From a virus (taxonomy: Duplodnaviria; Caudoviricetes): a DNA stretch of 55,769 nucleotides. The stretch covers positions 1 to 55,769 of the IMG/VR virus record IMGVR_UViG_3300013137_000025, one strand, 5' to 3'. The notes beneath the pieces were generated by a model. The model saw only the letters and a program-made list of their open reading frames with translations. It was not told the origin of the DNA and did no database searches. Shown piece after piece: positions 18,090 to 29,081 of the stretch. Position numbers and translations under genes: made by a program. Position 1 is the first letter of the stretch. Each line of letters opens with the position of its first letter.

Positions 18090-18815
18090 CTATGCCAGCC
18101 TTCTCCCATCCTCATCCAACCACCGGTCTACAACAGACAGCCCAATAACGAAGAATAACTCGTTATAATCGTTGTCTATAACTTCGTCCCACTCTTGGTA
18201 GTCATCTAAATCAGTTTCCGATGGATGGCTATCATCCCGGCCGGTGGGTTCAAAAGGCTCACTGGAATTTATCCTGATTAAACGCCCATCATCTTGGGCT
18301 TTTACCCAGTAAGCCTCGTTTTTGAATCTAACATCTGCAACGATGATTCTTCTATCTATCATGGACGAGGAAGTTGTATTGCTCAATCTCTGAACCCTCT
18401 CGGCAGTTTTTTCGACCCAATAATTCATTCCGAAATGACATCTTCGGTATTCTGTCCCCCACCACTGTAACATCAGAGGGTCTTTCTTAACAGCCGCGTG
18501 GTTAATGTATGTTAGGAAGACGGCATCTCCAGACACACACCTACCAAAGACTCCCTTCCGGTCATTCTGAGTAGCTTCTGCATGCTTGAACCATTCCCCT
18601 ACCTTGCGGCACAACATGGGGGACGTGTAATGCAGTAGGTCTATGGTTACCCAGTCCCCGCTCCAATGGCTCGTGTGGGTTATGGTGTGAGCAAGCTGGA
18701 TCTCTTCGTATAGAGCATCCGCAAAGTGAACTACCGTGAAGTTGAAGTCGTCAGCAACAGCCTTGGCCAAACTGTCTTTGCCCCGGCGTGGTTTCCCACT
18801 GATTCCTATCAGCAC
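18090..18815 (-). CDS. Deoxynucleoside monophosphate kinase
   Basis: GISGKPRRGKD P-loop, FADAL, LQWWGTE, DVRFKNE, HPSETDLD. Confidence 0.9.
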   Translation of the reverse strand: MLIGISGKPRRGKDSLAKAVADDFNFTVVHFADALYEEIQLAHTITHTSHWSGDWVTIDLLHYTSPMLCRKVGEWFKHAEATQNDRKGVFGRCVSGDAVFLTYINHAAVKKDPLMLQWWGTEYRRCHFGMNYWVEKTAERVQRLSNTTSSSMIDRRIIVADVRFKNEAYWVKAQDDGRLIRINSSEPFEPTGRDDSHPSETDLDDYQEWDEVIDNDYNELFFVIGLSVVDRWLDEDGRRLA

Positions 18816-18861
18816 GAACCCCTCCTTTTTGCGTTTTTCTTAACAGTTGTTCCTTAGAGCT

Positions 18862-18949
18862 ACAGACAGCAACCGACCCCACCTGGGATTTCCAGATAGG
18901 GCCGGAAGGAATGGCTGCTGCTCCGCTACACACTGCTTAGGATTAAGCA
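18862..18949 (-). other. Long intergenic stem-loop (terminator, processing site or small RNA)
   Basis: 14-bp stem with G-U pairs on minus strand, outer CAGCAG/TTGCTG stem and second hairpin TGCTTA/TAAGCA. Confidence 0.5.
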
Positions 18950-18978
18950 TAGTTCGACTCATGGATCTCTGGCAACTC

Positions 18979-21900
18979 TTAATACGGGTTCATGGCTCTT
19001 ATTTTCACTGTCATCATCCCCGTATACTGAGGATTGAAGGACATTTCGGTAACATATCCAACCTCTTTGTGCTCCGAATCCCTCGGCAGCATCTCAGTAT
19101 CCTGAACCGTTACCACACTTCCAGGAAGAATCCACGGAACCATGTTGCACTGGATTTCGTAATTCCTCTTGGGATATTTCTCTTCCTCAACATCCCTTCG
19201 GACCGCCCACCTGGCATCGTCCTCGGAGAAGAAGGGGTTGTCCATCTTCACCGAAGAGTCTCTCTTGGAGTATTTCTTGATTGATGCCATATCGGTATAA
19301 GAATGACTGGTTGTCTTGTCGGAAACCAGAGATAGTCCAGGGGCGTTGATTCTTACAACGTCGCCTTGCTTGAATTTTGGTTCATAGCTTTCGTCACTAT
19401 TGAATTTGAAATTGGCATACACCCCTGTTCCCAGGGGGCCATCTCCACCAATCTGCATGAACTGTCCGTTTACGGGAACAAAGTCTGTTCCGACATCTGT
19501 TTCTGCACTGTTATCATCGTTTGGATCGGCCTTGTTTCCTTTGGGGAAATCGATGGTTGCTTTGTCTCCCACAACAAACAAGGTGCCAGTATATTCGCTT
19601 GGATAATTTTCAGACAGTCCAGCTTCTCCCTGTCTCAGATAGTAGACATTCCCATGCCTGAGAAGGGCAACAGTCTCTCCCGCTATGTGTGTCGACCTGG
19701 CTCCCCTCTCATGCATTGTTGTTCGTTGAACAAGAAGGCTATGAGCTTTCACTTCTACAATTCTACAGTATTCGTAGTTTATTCCTTCTGTGAAATTCCC
19801 TATGCATAGCTCCATTCCCTCTGAAAGCACTGCTCCGTTGGTCATTTCCCCAGATAGGTCCACCTCCGTATTATCGGTGTGAACCAGAGGAATCTCGTTT
19901 GTCGAATCATCTATATCTGAAGCTAACTTGCAATCCAATTCTAATCCAAGAGAACTAAACCTCAGGATATATCCAACCCTACCTTCTCCCCAAACCGTGT
20001 CAATGGTCTCCCTCTCTTCTGCTATGTCGTCTTGATTTTCTCCCTCAAGGCGTATGGCTGCTCCGTAGGTTACGGTGGCATCCATGTCCAGCGTGATGGA
20101 GGAGGAACTGGTGGTAACCGGATACATTACAGTAGACTCAATGGAACCATCTGTTGTCTCAAAAGTAAACACAGACCGCTTTTTCACGTATACTGTCTCA
20201 TCTCCATCCTTGTAGGCTGATGTGGCGGTTCGCCCTCCGCGAGAGCATGTAAGTTTTATCTTTCGGCTCGACATCAAGCCTCGAACCACCTCTATCTCGT
20301 GTCGGAATCCATCTTCTCCATACTTAGAATCCGGGCTGATTTCAAATGTTATCTCCACGGGTGGAAACACTGCCACGGATGAAGATCTACTACTTGCATT
20401 TATTATTTCCGAGAACCCCATATCAACATCTATAGATGCCACTCGATCGTTTTCTATATTACCAAAGGTATATTCCGACAAAGAATGTCTTGGCTTGGTT
20501 TTGAAGAAGAAATTCCCATCTGGGTAAAATCCATATATTGCATCGACCTTTTCAGCTAGGCATCCAATAGCTTCCCAAACAGACATCTCTCCAAAATCGG
20601 CAAGCTCTACTACGGCCGGGACCGTGTAGCTCCACTGCATCAGGGCAAAGCGTCCCTCAGCGAACTCTGGAATAGTGTAATTCTGAACAGGAGAAGATAT
20701 CCAGAACAATTGCATGCTTTTTTCTGCTACCGCTACATTGGATATCGAATAGGGTTCTTGCCTAAGAAAACCGAACTGCTCGACTGTGTCTCTTTCTGTT
20801 GTTATGGTGTAGGTGGGAGCCGCTCCAATCGTAACCTTCAAGCGCTGCATCATACCAGACTCAGCAGAAAAGTAGGTGAGCATATCTTCGTATGCAGACG
20901 TGTCTTCGTTATACATAGAAATCACCGACAGTCCATACAGACAAGAAGAAGAGATTTCAGCTATCAAACTCTCAGGAATAGATGTGCTCTCAGGAGTTGC
21001 GGAAAAGGGCAACGAAGTTACTATATACTTCACTCCAGTTTCAGCCATGTCATAAACATTACAATATATTACAAACGGCCTTCCGCTTATCACTTTGATT
21101 TCCGTGGGAAGCGAGTAGTAGGTAGCATACAAGGTGCTGGGAACTATTTCTGGGGACTCATCTACTTGTCCAAAATGATGAACCACGTCTGATCCCCATA
21201 CCTTTTTCCATATTTTATGCGACATTTTGTTGGAGTTACCAGAATGCAAGGTTCCTATCCAAATTGAATTATAAGTAGTGTCAATTGCTCCGCATACAGG
21301 GAAACCTTTCTCAACTTCAGATAATGCATCCCATGTCGTCCCCATGGATAGTTGGTATTCAGTTGCTATGTCTCCGTTTAATTCTACAACATAATATTTG
21401 AAATCGTAGTGTCCACTGTCCGCATCACAGACAATGTCTTTTTGTTCTGTTCCACCGTCAAACGCATACTTCGCATAGATCAGGGTTCCATAGGTCATCC
21501 AATCTGGATGGAACAACAAAAATCCTTCTTGACCATGGGTGAATCTTGATGGACCGAGTCCGTAAGCTGTAACATAGTCAGCACTTAGCCATGAGGTCGA
21601 AACAAATCCCCTCGTTACCAAACTCGATGTGGTAAAAGCGTCCCAGCCATATGTTTCTGGATCGCTTAGCCAAGCATGTTTTATATCATCTCCGTATGCA
21701 GTCTCTCCATCATCTGTTTCGTTTTTGAATACACCCTGTATTCTGTGTATTGCTCCTGGAGCCGTGGTAAAATTCTCGTTTACTACACATTGATCAAATA
21801 CAATGGGCCACGCCGGCCTTACTTTATCTGAATCGTCGAAAAGTCCCTGGAAGGCCCCTCCAGTAGCCGCTCTTTGCTTAGACGTAAAGAATTCACCAAA

Positions 21901-23391
21901 CAACACATCGGTTATAGGATCGTCAAACAAACTGAACACAGGTTGATCGCCATCATATCTAAACTTGAATATCTGCATTGTTACGCCTACCGTGCCCTTA
22001 CCAGGATTGGTCAGGGCTACTCCCCAGATCGGCCAAGTGCTATCATTGGGATTGACCCACAGCCGTCTGATATTGTATCCGCTGGGAAGAGCTTCTGTGG
22101 CACTTGTCAACCGGTAATACTCTCCGGTGGCTTGGTTGTATCTAAACAATTCATTGCCAACCCCAACATATACTCTGGTGATAGCCCACCTGAGACCGCT
22201 CTCGCTTTCAAACCCGTTAATCGGCTTGTCCAAAACAATCTCGTCATCACTGTAGCTTACCACCCCATAATGTCCAAAGTTCGTTTCAGAGCCACCGTCC
22301 CCACTATACATCTGCCTTGGTATAGACAAAACGTCGCCCTCAAAAATACCTAAGGAAGCCACAGAAGCCGATGCAGTTACCGTGGCCGATCCTGATACAA
22401 CGGACAGGGTTCCCACGGTAAGCTCGTGAACACAGATGACCCTGCACATTTTCACGCTTTCTCCATCCCATATAGAAGCAGCATCATACCCCCCGGCCAA
22501 GGCCCTTGAGTAATACTGTGTCGGAGGTCGGCCGGAGTAGGAAATGCCCCACCCCGTGGTGTCAGTCTTGGGAACAGGGTAATCCACAATAGTGTCAATG
22601 TCATATTCATCCGGGACGCCCCCATCAGAGTCTCTATATACTTGTTTGATCAACTCCTTCACCAAGAAGGTGACCGGTCGATTGATATGCCAATCCATCC
22701 CGTCCTTAACCTTCTTGGCTTCTTCTTCAGTGAGGGGATAATCAAGAGAGGTAACAGTCAGTTCCGTGGAGTGGGAATCCTGATGATTTGTACAGCTATC
22801 AATCAACATGACACCCAAGGTGATGGTCTGAGGAACCAAATCCTTGGTGGTCGTGAAGTTGGCTTTCAGGGCAATTCTTTTCCTATACAAAGAGTTCATC
22901 AATCGGTTCTGGGAATACTCAAATTCTGCCCGAGTAACCTGATCTCCAAGCCAATTCCAGTCTTCGTCGAACGAGGCATACAGAGATGGAGGGAATGGCT
23001 TTGACCAGAATCCATCCGAGTTGTCCAAGGTGATCGAGGAAACCTTCTGCCGGACCTCGCCATGAAGTCTCTCGCCGGTATAGGTGAGCGCCCCCACTTT
23101 GAGAAGCTGGTTTCTTCCCCCTATGTTGGTTCGGTCGCTGAAGTCTACCCAATTGTTATTGGCGTCTTGGATGAAGAACTTCAGTTCATAGGAGGAAATC
23201 TTGGATTCAATGGCCTGTGTCAGGCTCTTGTTCGGCAGCATGTCTTTACCCCTGATTACCACTCCATCCACAGTTAAGCTCCTGCTCGTGTACCCTCCGG
23301 CACCAAACAGGAGCTTCCCAGCACGATACCCCAACTGGACATAATCCCCGAACTTCTCTATCCCGAATCGAAACCACCCGAACTTAGGCAC
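18979..23391 (-). CDS. Large tail tip / baseplate hub-like protein
   Basis: 1470 aa beta-rich; hub-like segments (GFYPDGNFFFK, PGSVVTVQD) at the end of the tail module. Confidence 0.65.
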   Translation of the reverse strand: MPKFGWFRFGIEKFGDYVQLGYRAGKLLFGAGGYTSRSLTVDGVVIRGKDMLPNKSLTQAIESKISSYELKFFIQDANNNWVDFSDRTNIGGRNQLLKVGALTYTGERLHGEVRQKVSSITLDNSDGFWSKPFPPSLYASFDEDWNWLGDQVTRAEFEYSQNRLMNSLYRKRIALKANFTTTKDLVPQTITLGVMLIDSCTNHQDSHSTELTVTSLDYPLTEEEAKKVKDGMDWHINRPVTFLVKELIKQVYRDSDGGVPDEYDIDTIVDYPVPKTDTTGWGISYSGRPPTQYYSRALAGGYDAASIWDGESVKMCRVICVHELTVGTLSVVSGSATVTASASVASLGIFEGDVLSIPRQMYSGDGGSETNFGHYGVVSYSDDEIVLDKPINGFESESGLRWAITRVYVGVGNELFRYNQATGEYYRLTSATEALPSGYNIRRLWVNPNDSTWPIWGVALTNPGKGTVGVTMQIFKFRYDGDQPVFSLFDDPITDVLFGEFFTSKQRAATGGAFQGLFDDSDKVRPAWPIVFDQCVVNENFTTAPGAIHRIQGVFKNETDDGETAYGDDIKHAWLSDPETYGWDAFTTSSLVTRGFVSTSWLSADYVTAYGLGPSRFTHGQEGFLLFHPDWMTYGTLIYAKYAFDGGTEQKDIVCDADSGHYDFKYYVVELNGDIATEYQLSMGTTWDALSEVEKGFPVCGAIDTTYNSIWIGTLHSGNSNKMSHKIWKKVWGSDVVHHFGQVDESPEIVPSTLYATYYSLPTEIKVISGRPFVIYCNVYDMAETGVKYIVTSLPFSATPESTSIPESLIAEISSSCLYGLSVISMYNEDTSAYEDMLTYFSAESGMMQRLKVTIGAAPTYTITTERDTVEQFGFLRQEPYSISNVAVAEKSMQLFWISSPVQNYTIPEFAEGRFALMQWSYTVPAVVELADFGEMSVWEAIGCLAEKVDAIYGFYPDGNFFFKTKPRHSLSEYTFGNIENDRVASIDVDMGFSEIINASSRSSSVAVFPPVEITFEISPDSKYGEDGFRHEIEVVRGLMSSRKIKLTCSRGGRTATSAYKDGDETVYVKKRSVFTFETTDGSIESTVMYPVTTSSSSITLDMDATVTYGAAIRLEGENQDDIAEERETIDTVWGEGRVGYILRFSSLGLELDCKLASDIDDSTNEIPLVHTDNTEVDLSGEMTNGAVLSEGMELCIGNFTEGINYEYCRIVEVKAHSLLVQRTTMHERGARSTHIAGETVALLRHGNVYYLRQGEAGLSENYPSEYTGTLFVVGDKATIDFPKGNKADPNDDNSAETDVGTDFVPVNGQFMQIGGDGPLGTGVYANFKFNSDESYEPKFKQGDVVRINAPGLSLVSDKTTSHSYTDMASIKKYSKRDSSVKMDNPFFSEDDARWAVRRDVEEEKYPKRNYEIQCNMVPWILPGSVVTVQDTEMLPRDSEHKEVGYVTEMSFNPQYTGMMTVKIRAMNPY

Positions 23392-23394
23392 ACT

Positions 23395-23664
23395 TCACTC
23401 TACCTTGGGTTCTTGGGTTGTCAGGGTTCTCTCTTCCATGATCACTTTGGCGGCCTCGTTCATCAAGGTCTTCCCGACATCAAGCCCACCAGATACCCTG
23501 TCCATGGAAGATCGGACCTTAACCAATTCGCGATTAAGGGAGTCAATCATCCCGACAATCTGGGCCTCTCTTTTCGCGAGTTCATCGACATCAAATGACG
23601 AAGCTATCTTCTCCCAACGGGAGTAAATGTTGTTCACAAGATCTCTTTTGCTTTCATCGGACAT
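23395..23664 (-). CDS. Hypothetical coiled-coil protein
   Basis: Follows the fibre gene. Confidence 0.65.
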   Translation of the reverse strand: MSDESKRDLVNNIYSRWEKIASSFDVDELAKREAQIVGMIDSLNRELVKVRSSMDRVSGGLDVGKTLMNEAAKVIMEERTLTTQEPKVE

Positions 23665-23935
23665 CCCTTATCACCTCGCTCTGTTTAAGTTGTTGAGCCG
23701 ACATCTTTACCTTAGATGCCAGTTCAAGGTATTTGGACGAGACCTCGTTGACTTGCTCGTTGGTCAGAGAGATCGAGCCCAGCATCGCACTAACCACGTC
23801 ATCATATACATTTACCGACCCGGCCTTGATGAGCATCATATCACAGAATGCCATGGCACTGACAGCGTCTTTCATTAGGTCTGAAAGAATCAGCTTGGCC
23901 GTAGCCCAGTCTATATAGGAGTCTAACTCTGCCAT
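23654..23935 (-). CDS. Hypothetical protein
   Basis: Follows the fibre gene; possible fibre chaperone. Confidence 0.6.
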   Translation of the reverse strand: MAELDSYIDWATAKLILSDLMKDAVSAMAFCDMMLIKAGSVNVYDDVVSAMLGSISLTNEQVNEVSSKYLELASKVKMSAQQLKQSEVIRDVR

Positions 23936-23958
23936 GGTTTATGATAGTTCTTTATACT

Positions 23959-26205
23959 CTACGGAGCCAACTGTTCACAGTTTTCAAGTTTTCTTTCCAG
24001 TTCCTCCACTCTTTTAAGCAAGTCCTGGATGAGGATCGTGTTGGCCATGGTCATGTCTGAACTTTGGAACATCGTGGTGTCGCCTTCCACCCCATGCAGG
24101 ATGGTGCTGACGGGAGCGAAGTCCTGCGCTATAGGTCCTACATGGTTCCCCTCTCCATCCTCCTCCGTCTTCCAATCCCAGCGGGCGATGTCGAACTCCT
24201 CATAGGCCTCCCGCAGCGCCAGCACGACGGAGTCGAAGAGGGGGAGGATGTTCTTCTTCTTTGCCCTATCGCTACTCGTCGTGAAGGTAGCGCTTCCTGC
24301 GTTCAGCTTGGAGTAGGCCCCCGCCGCGTCATACACAGAGAAGTCGTAGGTGGAATCCATGTCCCCGGTGCTAAAGGCACCATTGGCGTGGAAGTAGAAG
24401 GCATATTGGGCGCCTCCCTTTGTAGTCAGGACTTGTGCCGTTGCCCCATCCTCCTCCGTCCCATCCACCAGCCAGTGGATGCCACCTACTAGCACAGAGT
24501 CTGTTCCCAGGAAATACTGCTCCCCATGGAGGAGGGAACCATTTGCGTAGCTGTCGCTGTTTCCCCACCTCTGTACCAAAGAACTGCTGGTCAGCTTATG
24601 GCTCTCCAGCTCCGCACCCGCTATCTCGGCCAAGTTCACCGGCCAATACAGGCAGCTAGGGGTCGCGGTAGTGGCGTAGCCATAGTTGCGCACCATAGCG
24701 CGCCCCGTTGGCGCTACCGTGAAGAGGTCCCCGTTCGGTTTCACCAAACTCCGTAGGGAATCATTTGTGACAATCGCCGTCCCTGCCCTTCCCGCCATGA
24801 CCAACTGCCCCGTGCTAGTACCTACGAAGCTAGGCGTACTAGCCTCCCTCATAACGAAGGCCGCAGTGGACCCTGTCCCCATGGTGAGGACGCAAGCCGC
24901 CCCGGCTATGGGGGAATCCATGAAGATCACGGGGCTGTTGTCCTGGATCTCAATCTCCCCTACTGCATCGTAGTCACTTCTATGACTCCCTACTGCTATC
25001 CGTGGGAAGCTGGGCACACCATACGTAGATTCTGCGCTGCGGTAGACAGTTATGATGGTGTCCTGCGGGGCATACGAGTCTGCGAGCATCAGCAAGGACA
25101 ACTTCTCCCCCGCGCCTGCCCACTCATACATATGCTCGTTGCTTGTTCCCCCCGTATCATAGAACCTCATTGATGGCCTTGCTCCATACATCTCCATAGA
25201 TTTCCGGGTGCGATCAAATCTAACTAAGGTGTCTCTACCTGTTTTCTCGTCATCGTCAAGATGGGTTGCTATATACATATTTCCAGCGTTAGAGTTAATT
25301 CCCCAAATCCTCTCCCCGGTCCCTTCACTTGTGTCATTCAGAAGAATGGATGGATGAGTATCACTAACTCGTATGTCACCACCAGATACTTCAAGTTTGT
25401 CAGAGGGCGACCCTGTGCTCCCGATCATAACATTGCCGGATCGAATGGCAGTATAAGAATGTCCAGATCCTGTGCTTGGAACCACTGTTAGGACGGTGTC
25501 AGAGATTGTTCCAGCACTGTTCATATCTGCAAGATACAGCTTCCCGCCATTCATCCCTAAGTCGTATCTTGCGTTGTTGTCGTGTATGGGAGGATCCTCA
25601 TACCACATGAGAAATGGGGATGCCCCAACAACAGCCAAGTATTCTCCGGCCACGACTCCATCATCCGCTATAATCTCACCTGGAGTTCTAAGGACACGTT
25701 CAGTGAAATAAAACGCAGTGTCTGTTATGGCCCCTAAGTCATTTCTTCCATGAACACCAAAGGTTCCATAACCTCCTCCCCCGCTTGTAAAGGCTGAGAT
25801 AGTCCACATCTTCTCGTTGGCAGGAGCATTGGTATCGATTAGGTAGATCAGAGGGTCGGTGTTCGATGTTACGATATCAGAGCTTGCTATAAAAGTTCCG
25901 TCCTCTGCCACCGTAAAAGCGTCTTGCCATCCCGAATTGTAAAATTGAAGTGAAAGAGAACTATCGGAATCGAGTTGCCCGAATCTCCAATATTCTGTGT
26001 CATCTATCAAAAACCTAATCTGAGATGTCTCGGCAATATCAAGTTTTGCGTAATTTTTGATTACCATAACTTTTCCAGAATCCACAGTGACACTGTCACC
26101 TCTGGTAATCGAAGAACTAACAGCCCAAAGAGTGTAATTTTCATTATTGGAAAATATCCATAATGTCGTTATTATAGATAATAATGCAATGGCTATTTTC
26201 TTCAT
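23959..26205 (-). CDS. Tail fibre with C-terminal intramolecular chaperone (peptidase S74-like)
   Basis: TSSDRAKKKNI, GPIAQD and terminal coiled coil; internal repeats; hydrophobic N-terminus. Confidence 0.8.
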   Translation of the reverse strand: MKKIAIALLSIITTLWIFSNNENYTLWAVSSSITRGDSVTVDSGKVMVIKNYAKLDIAETSQIRFLIDDTEYWRFGQLDSDSSLSLQFYNSGWQDAFTVAEDGTFIASSDIVTSNTDPLIYLIDTNAPANEKMWTISAFTSGGGGYGTFGVHGRNDLGAITDTAFYFTERVLRTPGEIIADDGVVAGEYLAVVGASPFLMWYEDPPIHDNNARYDLGMNGGKLYLADMNSAGTISDTVLTVVPSTGSGHSYTAIRSGNVMIGSTGSPSDKLEVSGGDIRVSDTHPSILLNDTSEGTGERIWGINSNAGNMYIATHLDDDEKTGRDTLVRFDRTRKSMEMYGARPSMRFYDTGGTSNEHMYEWAGAGEKLSLLMLADSYAPQDTIITVYRSAESTYGVPSFPRIAVGSHRSDYDAVGEIEIQDNSPVIFMDSPIAGAACVLTMGTGSTAAFVMREASTPSFVGTSTGQLVMAGRAGTAIVTNDSLRSLVKPNGDLFTVAPTGRAMVRNYGYATTATPSCLYWPVNLAEIAGAELESHKLTSSSLVQRWGNSDSYANGSLLHGEQYFLGTDSVLVGGIHWLVDGTEEDGATAQVLTTKGGAQYAFYFHANGAFSTGDMDSTYDFSVYDAAGAYSKLNAGSATFTTSSDRAKKKNILPLFDSVVLALREAYEEFDIARWDWKTEEDGEGNHVGPIAQDFAPVSTILHGVEGDTTMFQSSDMTMANTILIQDLLKRVEELERKLENCEQLAP

Positions 26206-26222
26206 TGGATTCCCCTTTTGGA

Positions 26223-29081
26223 TTACATTATTTGGTCAGCTATTGACCAAGGTATAATTTGTCCAGGTAATATAAACTGTATCTTTCCATCAGAAGCATG
26301 GACAGTCCCAACATACCCAACAACCTGAACACGATATCCGGCATTCGGAAGACTGAAACTGTAAGAGCCTGAAGACGAAGATAGGAACACTGGTGCTCCG
26401 GCCGAAACGCTACTTGTGTCTACGTCTGTTTTTTCGTAGGACACAAACACTTCTCCCTCAGCGCCTTCGGAGATAGCATCTGGAGCATATGCCATAGCAT
26501 ATTTTGTGGATCCATTAGTATTTCCGGCTATTGCTTTTGTGGCTATTTGCAATCCTCCGGAGGTTGTCCCTGAAAGCCATACGAGAGATCCGGCAGAAAT
26601 CCCTCCAGTTCCACCAACAACAGTTTTGCTCAGATTTCCATTTATTGTTCCTGATACCACTAGATCTCCAGCAATAGACCAATTCCCATTACTGCCAATC
26701 ATGTTAGTTTTGTTGTTTTGATCTATGATTCTGTAATGACTACTGTTTAGCCTTATTTTTAAGGCGCTAATGAAATCGTTGCTTGGGGATGCGCTGACAA
26801 CAAATAACGACCCATCTTGCTCGTCAGATGTTGGTACGGTTGCTGACAGTGGGGTAAAATTGACCTGTTCGGATAACCATAATCGCCCCCATTTTTGGGT
26901 GGAATATCCAAGATGTTGCGTAGAACCACTGCCTGGGACCAGATGTACATTAGCTCCCCCTATACTCATTGCTTTGTATGCACCTGATGCCGAATTTATA
27001 CCAACATAAAAATCCGTTGCACTGCTGAGATACATCTTAGGGGTGCTTCCAGAAGTGCTAGCCCCAACTCTAAATGTAAGACTATCTACCCCAAGAACCC
27101 CACCTAATGTGCCAACAATTTCATCTGAACCACCTGACAGATGTGTTGAATTGTGATCATCGGTTGCATATCCAGACATAGAAAACCCAATAAGATCATT
27201 ACCATTGAGATCGAGATCTTTTTGCATTGTGTAACTTGATCCGGTTCCATATAGAATGTCTGCTATGTGAACTCCGTCCACTTTATCGGCATCGAGATAG
27301 GTAACTTTTGTAACATTGGCCGCATAAAGACCCGTTATGGAAAATGGTGGCACCCCACTAACCCATGCCACAAAATTAGCATTAGATCCAGTGGTTGATG
27401 TAAATTGAGGACTTCCAGTAAATGAGGGAGATCCTATATACAGTCCACCAGAAATGATTGACGATGAAATGGTCTTATTTGTAAGAACCTGTGAACCAGA
27501 TGTGGTCACAATACTTGCATATGAAGATCCGTTTGTTGTCAATTGCCAACCTAATGATGAGTATTTTATTGCCGGAGAAGTGGAAACAGAACCTGTATAA
27601 GCTATGAACTTGTAATCAGACGGAAGTGGGCTTGCATATCCGATAGCAAAATAAGGCTCTTCTGAATATACATAATCACCAGACACCGCTTTCATCGCAG
27701 TATTCAAAGAGAGCGTATTGACAATCGGACTTGTGAGTGTTTTGTTGGTGAGCGTTTGCGTGCTGCTGGTGGTTGCTATATCGTAAAACGTTGAACCGTC
27801 ATTGGAAAGCTGCCAATCTCCTCCATCAAAAAACAAATTTGCCCAAGAATATCCAGAGCTATAAGCTCTAGCAACTCTAATGCCGCCTGTTGTACTCGAA
27901 CCTTCGTTGTGTCCGATACTAACATAATCATCCTCTACATTCATATCACCGGCGATGCTACCGAATTCTGCCGATCCGGTAACTGTTAAATCATCACCAA
28001 TATAGGCGTCTCCAGACAAAAACAAATCCTTCCATCTACAATCAGTAAATCCCAAAGAAATGGTTCCTGCTGTTGCGGGAGATACATTGTGTGAAAATTC
28101 GAATTTTCTGTCTGCTACCGCTGTATGTGGGTTTATTTTAACATAATGATCAGAGTTCCCAAATCTAAGTTCTATACTTACATCTTCATCGTCGTAATCA
28201 GAGTCAAGAGTAAAGGCTGTATTCATGGTTCCAGATGCATCGAGTGTTCCGCCCTCATGATCGTGGTCAGCTCTAGCCACTTGAGGAGAAACACCGTATA
28301 ATCCATCATACCCAGCAAACACACTGTCACCAGTATACAATGGAGGAACATCATCATGCCCATCATACAACATGCTTTTAGTTACAACATTATTTTGATT
28401 ATATCCTATGAAATCGAACCAGCTTCCTCCCGTATGCTGGAATTTCCATTTTACATCTGACTCATCCCACATGATTTTTGAAGAATCATTACCATCACCT
28501 CGATAGGCTTCAAATGTTACATCTTCTGGAGTCTCTGCATCCGCGTTTACACGAAGCGTATTACCATCAACTGTCAAAGTATCAACAGAAAGAGTTCCGC
28601 CAATAGTCACGTCATCGAATTCAGATGCTCCAGTTACAGATAGACCTCCTCCAATATCAACATCGCCTTCAACGTCAATATCTCTAACCCACAATTTGCT
28701 CCATTTATAGGTTGAATTCCCAAGATTGCTAGTGCCAGTAAAATCATAATTCACTATAAACCTATCTTCAGAAGCGTCCCATTGTATGGTCGCCCCACCA
28801 TACTGAGCTACGCCACGACTAAATACCAAAAATGAATCTTCTCCATCATTCGTCGTGTTATCGTCATTAATAGTCCAATTACCCTTACATCCAGATCCAG
28901 GAGTGGCCCCAAGTGTTTGGTATATCTTGGCTATCTGGTCATAGGCATGGGTCTCCCAGTAGGACGCATTGCAATTGGTCCCCAGAGGATCCGTTGCACT
29001 GGACGCATCTGTAATATCGGCAAGATTCGCAGGACCAGAATCACCTGATGACAGAGCATACCACTCAAGATAGGTGGCCAC
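26223..29081 (-). CDS. Tail fibre protein
   Basis: Gly/Ser/Thr-rich; TQTLTNKTL, LDADKVDG, LG....KW fibre repeats. Confidence 0.75.
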   Translation of the reverse strand: MATYLEWYALSSGDSGPANLADITDASSATDPLGTNCNASYWETHAYDQIAKIYQTLGATPGSGCKGNWTINDDNTTNDGEDSFLVFSRGVAQYGGATIQWDASEDRFIVNYDFTGTSNLGNSTYKWSKLWVRDIDVEGDVDIGGGLSVTGASEFDDVTIGGTLSVDTLTVDGNTLRVNADAETPEDVTFEAYRGDGNDSSKIMWDESDVKWKFQHTGGSWFDFIGYNQNNVVTKSMLYDGHDDVPPLYTGDSVFAGYDGLYGVSPQVARADHDHEGGTLDASGTMNTAFTLDSDYDDEDVSIELRFGNSDHYVKINPHTAVADRKFEFSHNVSPATAGTISLGFTDCRWKDLFLSGDAYIGDDLTVTGSAEFGSIAGDMNVEDDYVSIGHNEGSSTTGGIRVARAYSSGYSWANLFFDGGDWQLSNDGSTFYDIATTSSTQTLTNKTLTSPIVNTLSLNTAMKAVSGDYVYSEEPYFAIGYASPLPSDYKFIAYTGSVSTSPAIKYSSLGWQLTTNGSSYASIVTTSGSQVLTNKTISSSIISGGLYIGSPSFTGSPQFTSTTGSNANFVAWVSGVPPFSITGLYAANVTKVTYLDADKVDGVHIADILYGTGSSYTMQKDLDLNGNDLIGFSMSGYATDDHNSTHLSGGSDEIVGTLGGVLGVDSLTFRVGASTSGSTPKMYLSSATDFYVGINSASGAYKAMSIGGANVHLVPGSGSTQHLGYSTQKWGRLWLSEQVNFTPLSATVPTSDEQDGSLFVVSASPSNDFISALKIRLNSSHYRIIDQNNKTNMIGSNGNWSIAGDLVVSGTINGNLSKTVVGGTGGISAGSLVWLSGTTSGGLQIATKAIAGNTNGSTKYAMAYAPDAISEGAEGEVFVSYEKTDVDTSSVSAGAPVFLSSSSGSYSFSLPNAGYRVQVVGYVGTVHASDGKIQFILPGQIIPWSIADQIM

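Noticed and set aside
18897-18915. SRP RNA helix-8-like AGGGCCGGAAGGA
   Set aside because: AGCA strand of the symmetric loop is missing, and G-U pairs favour the opposite strand
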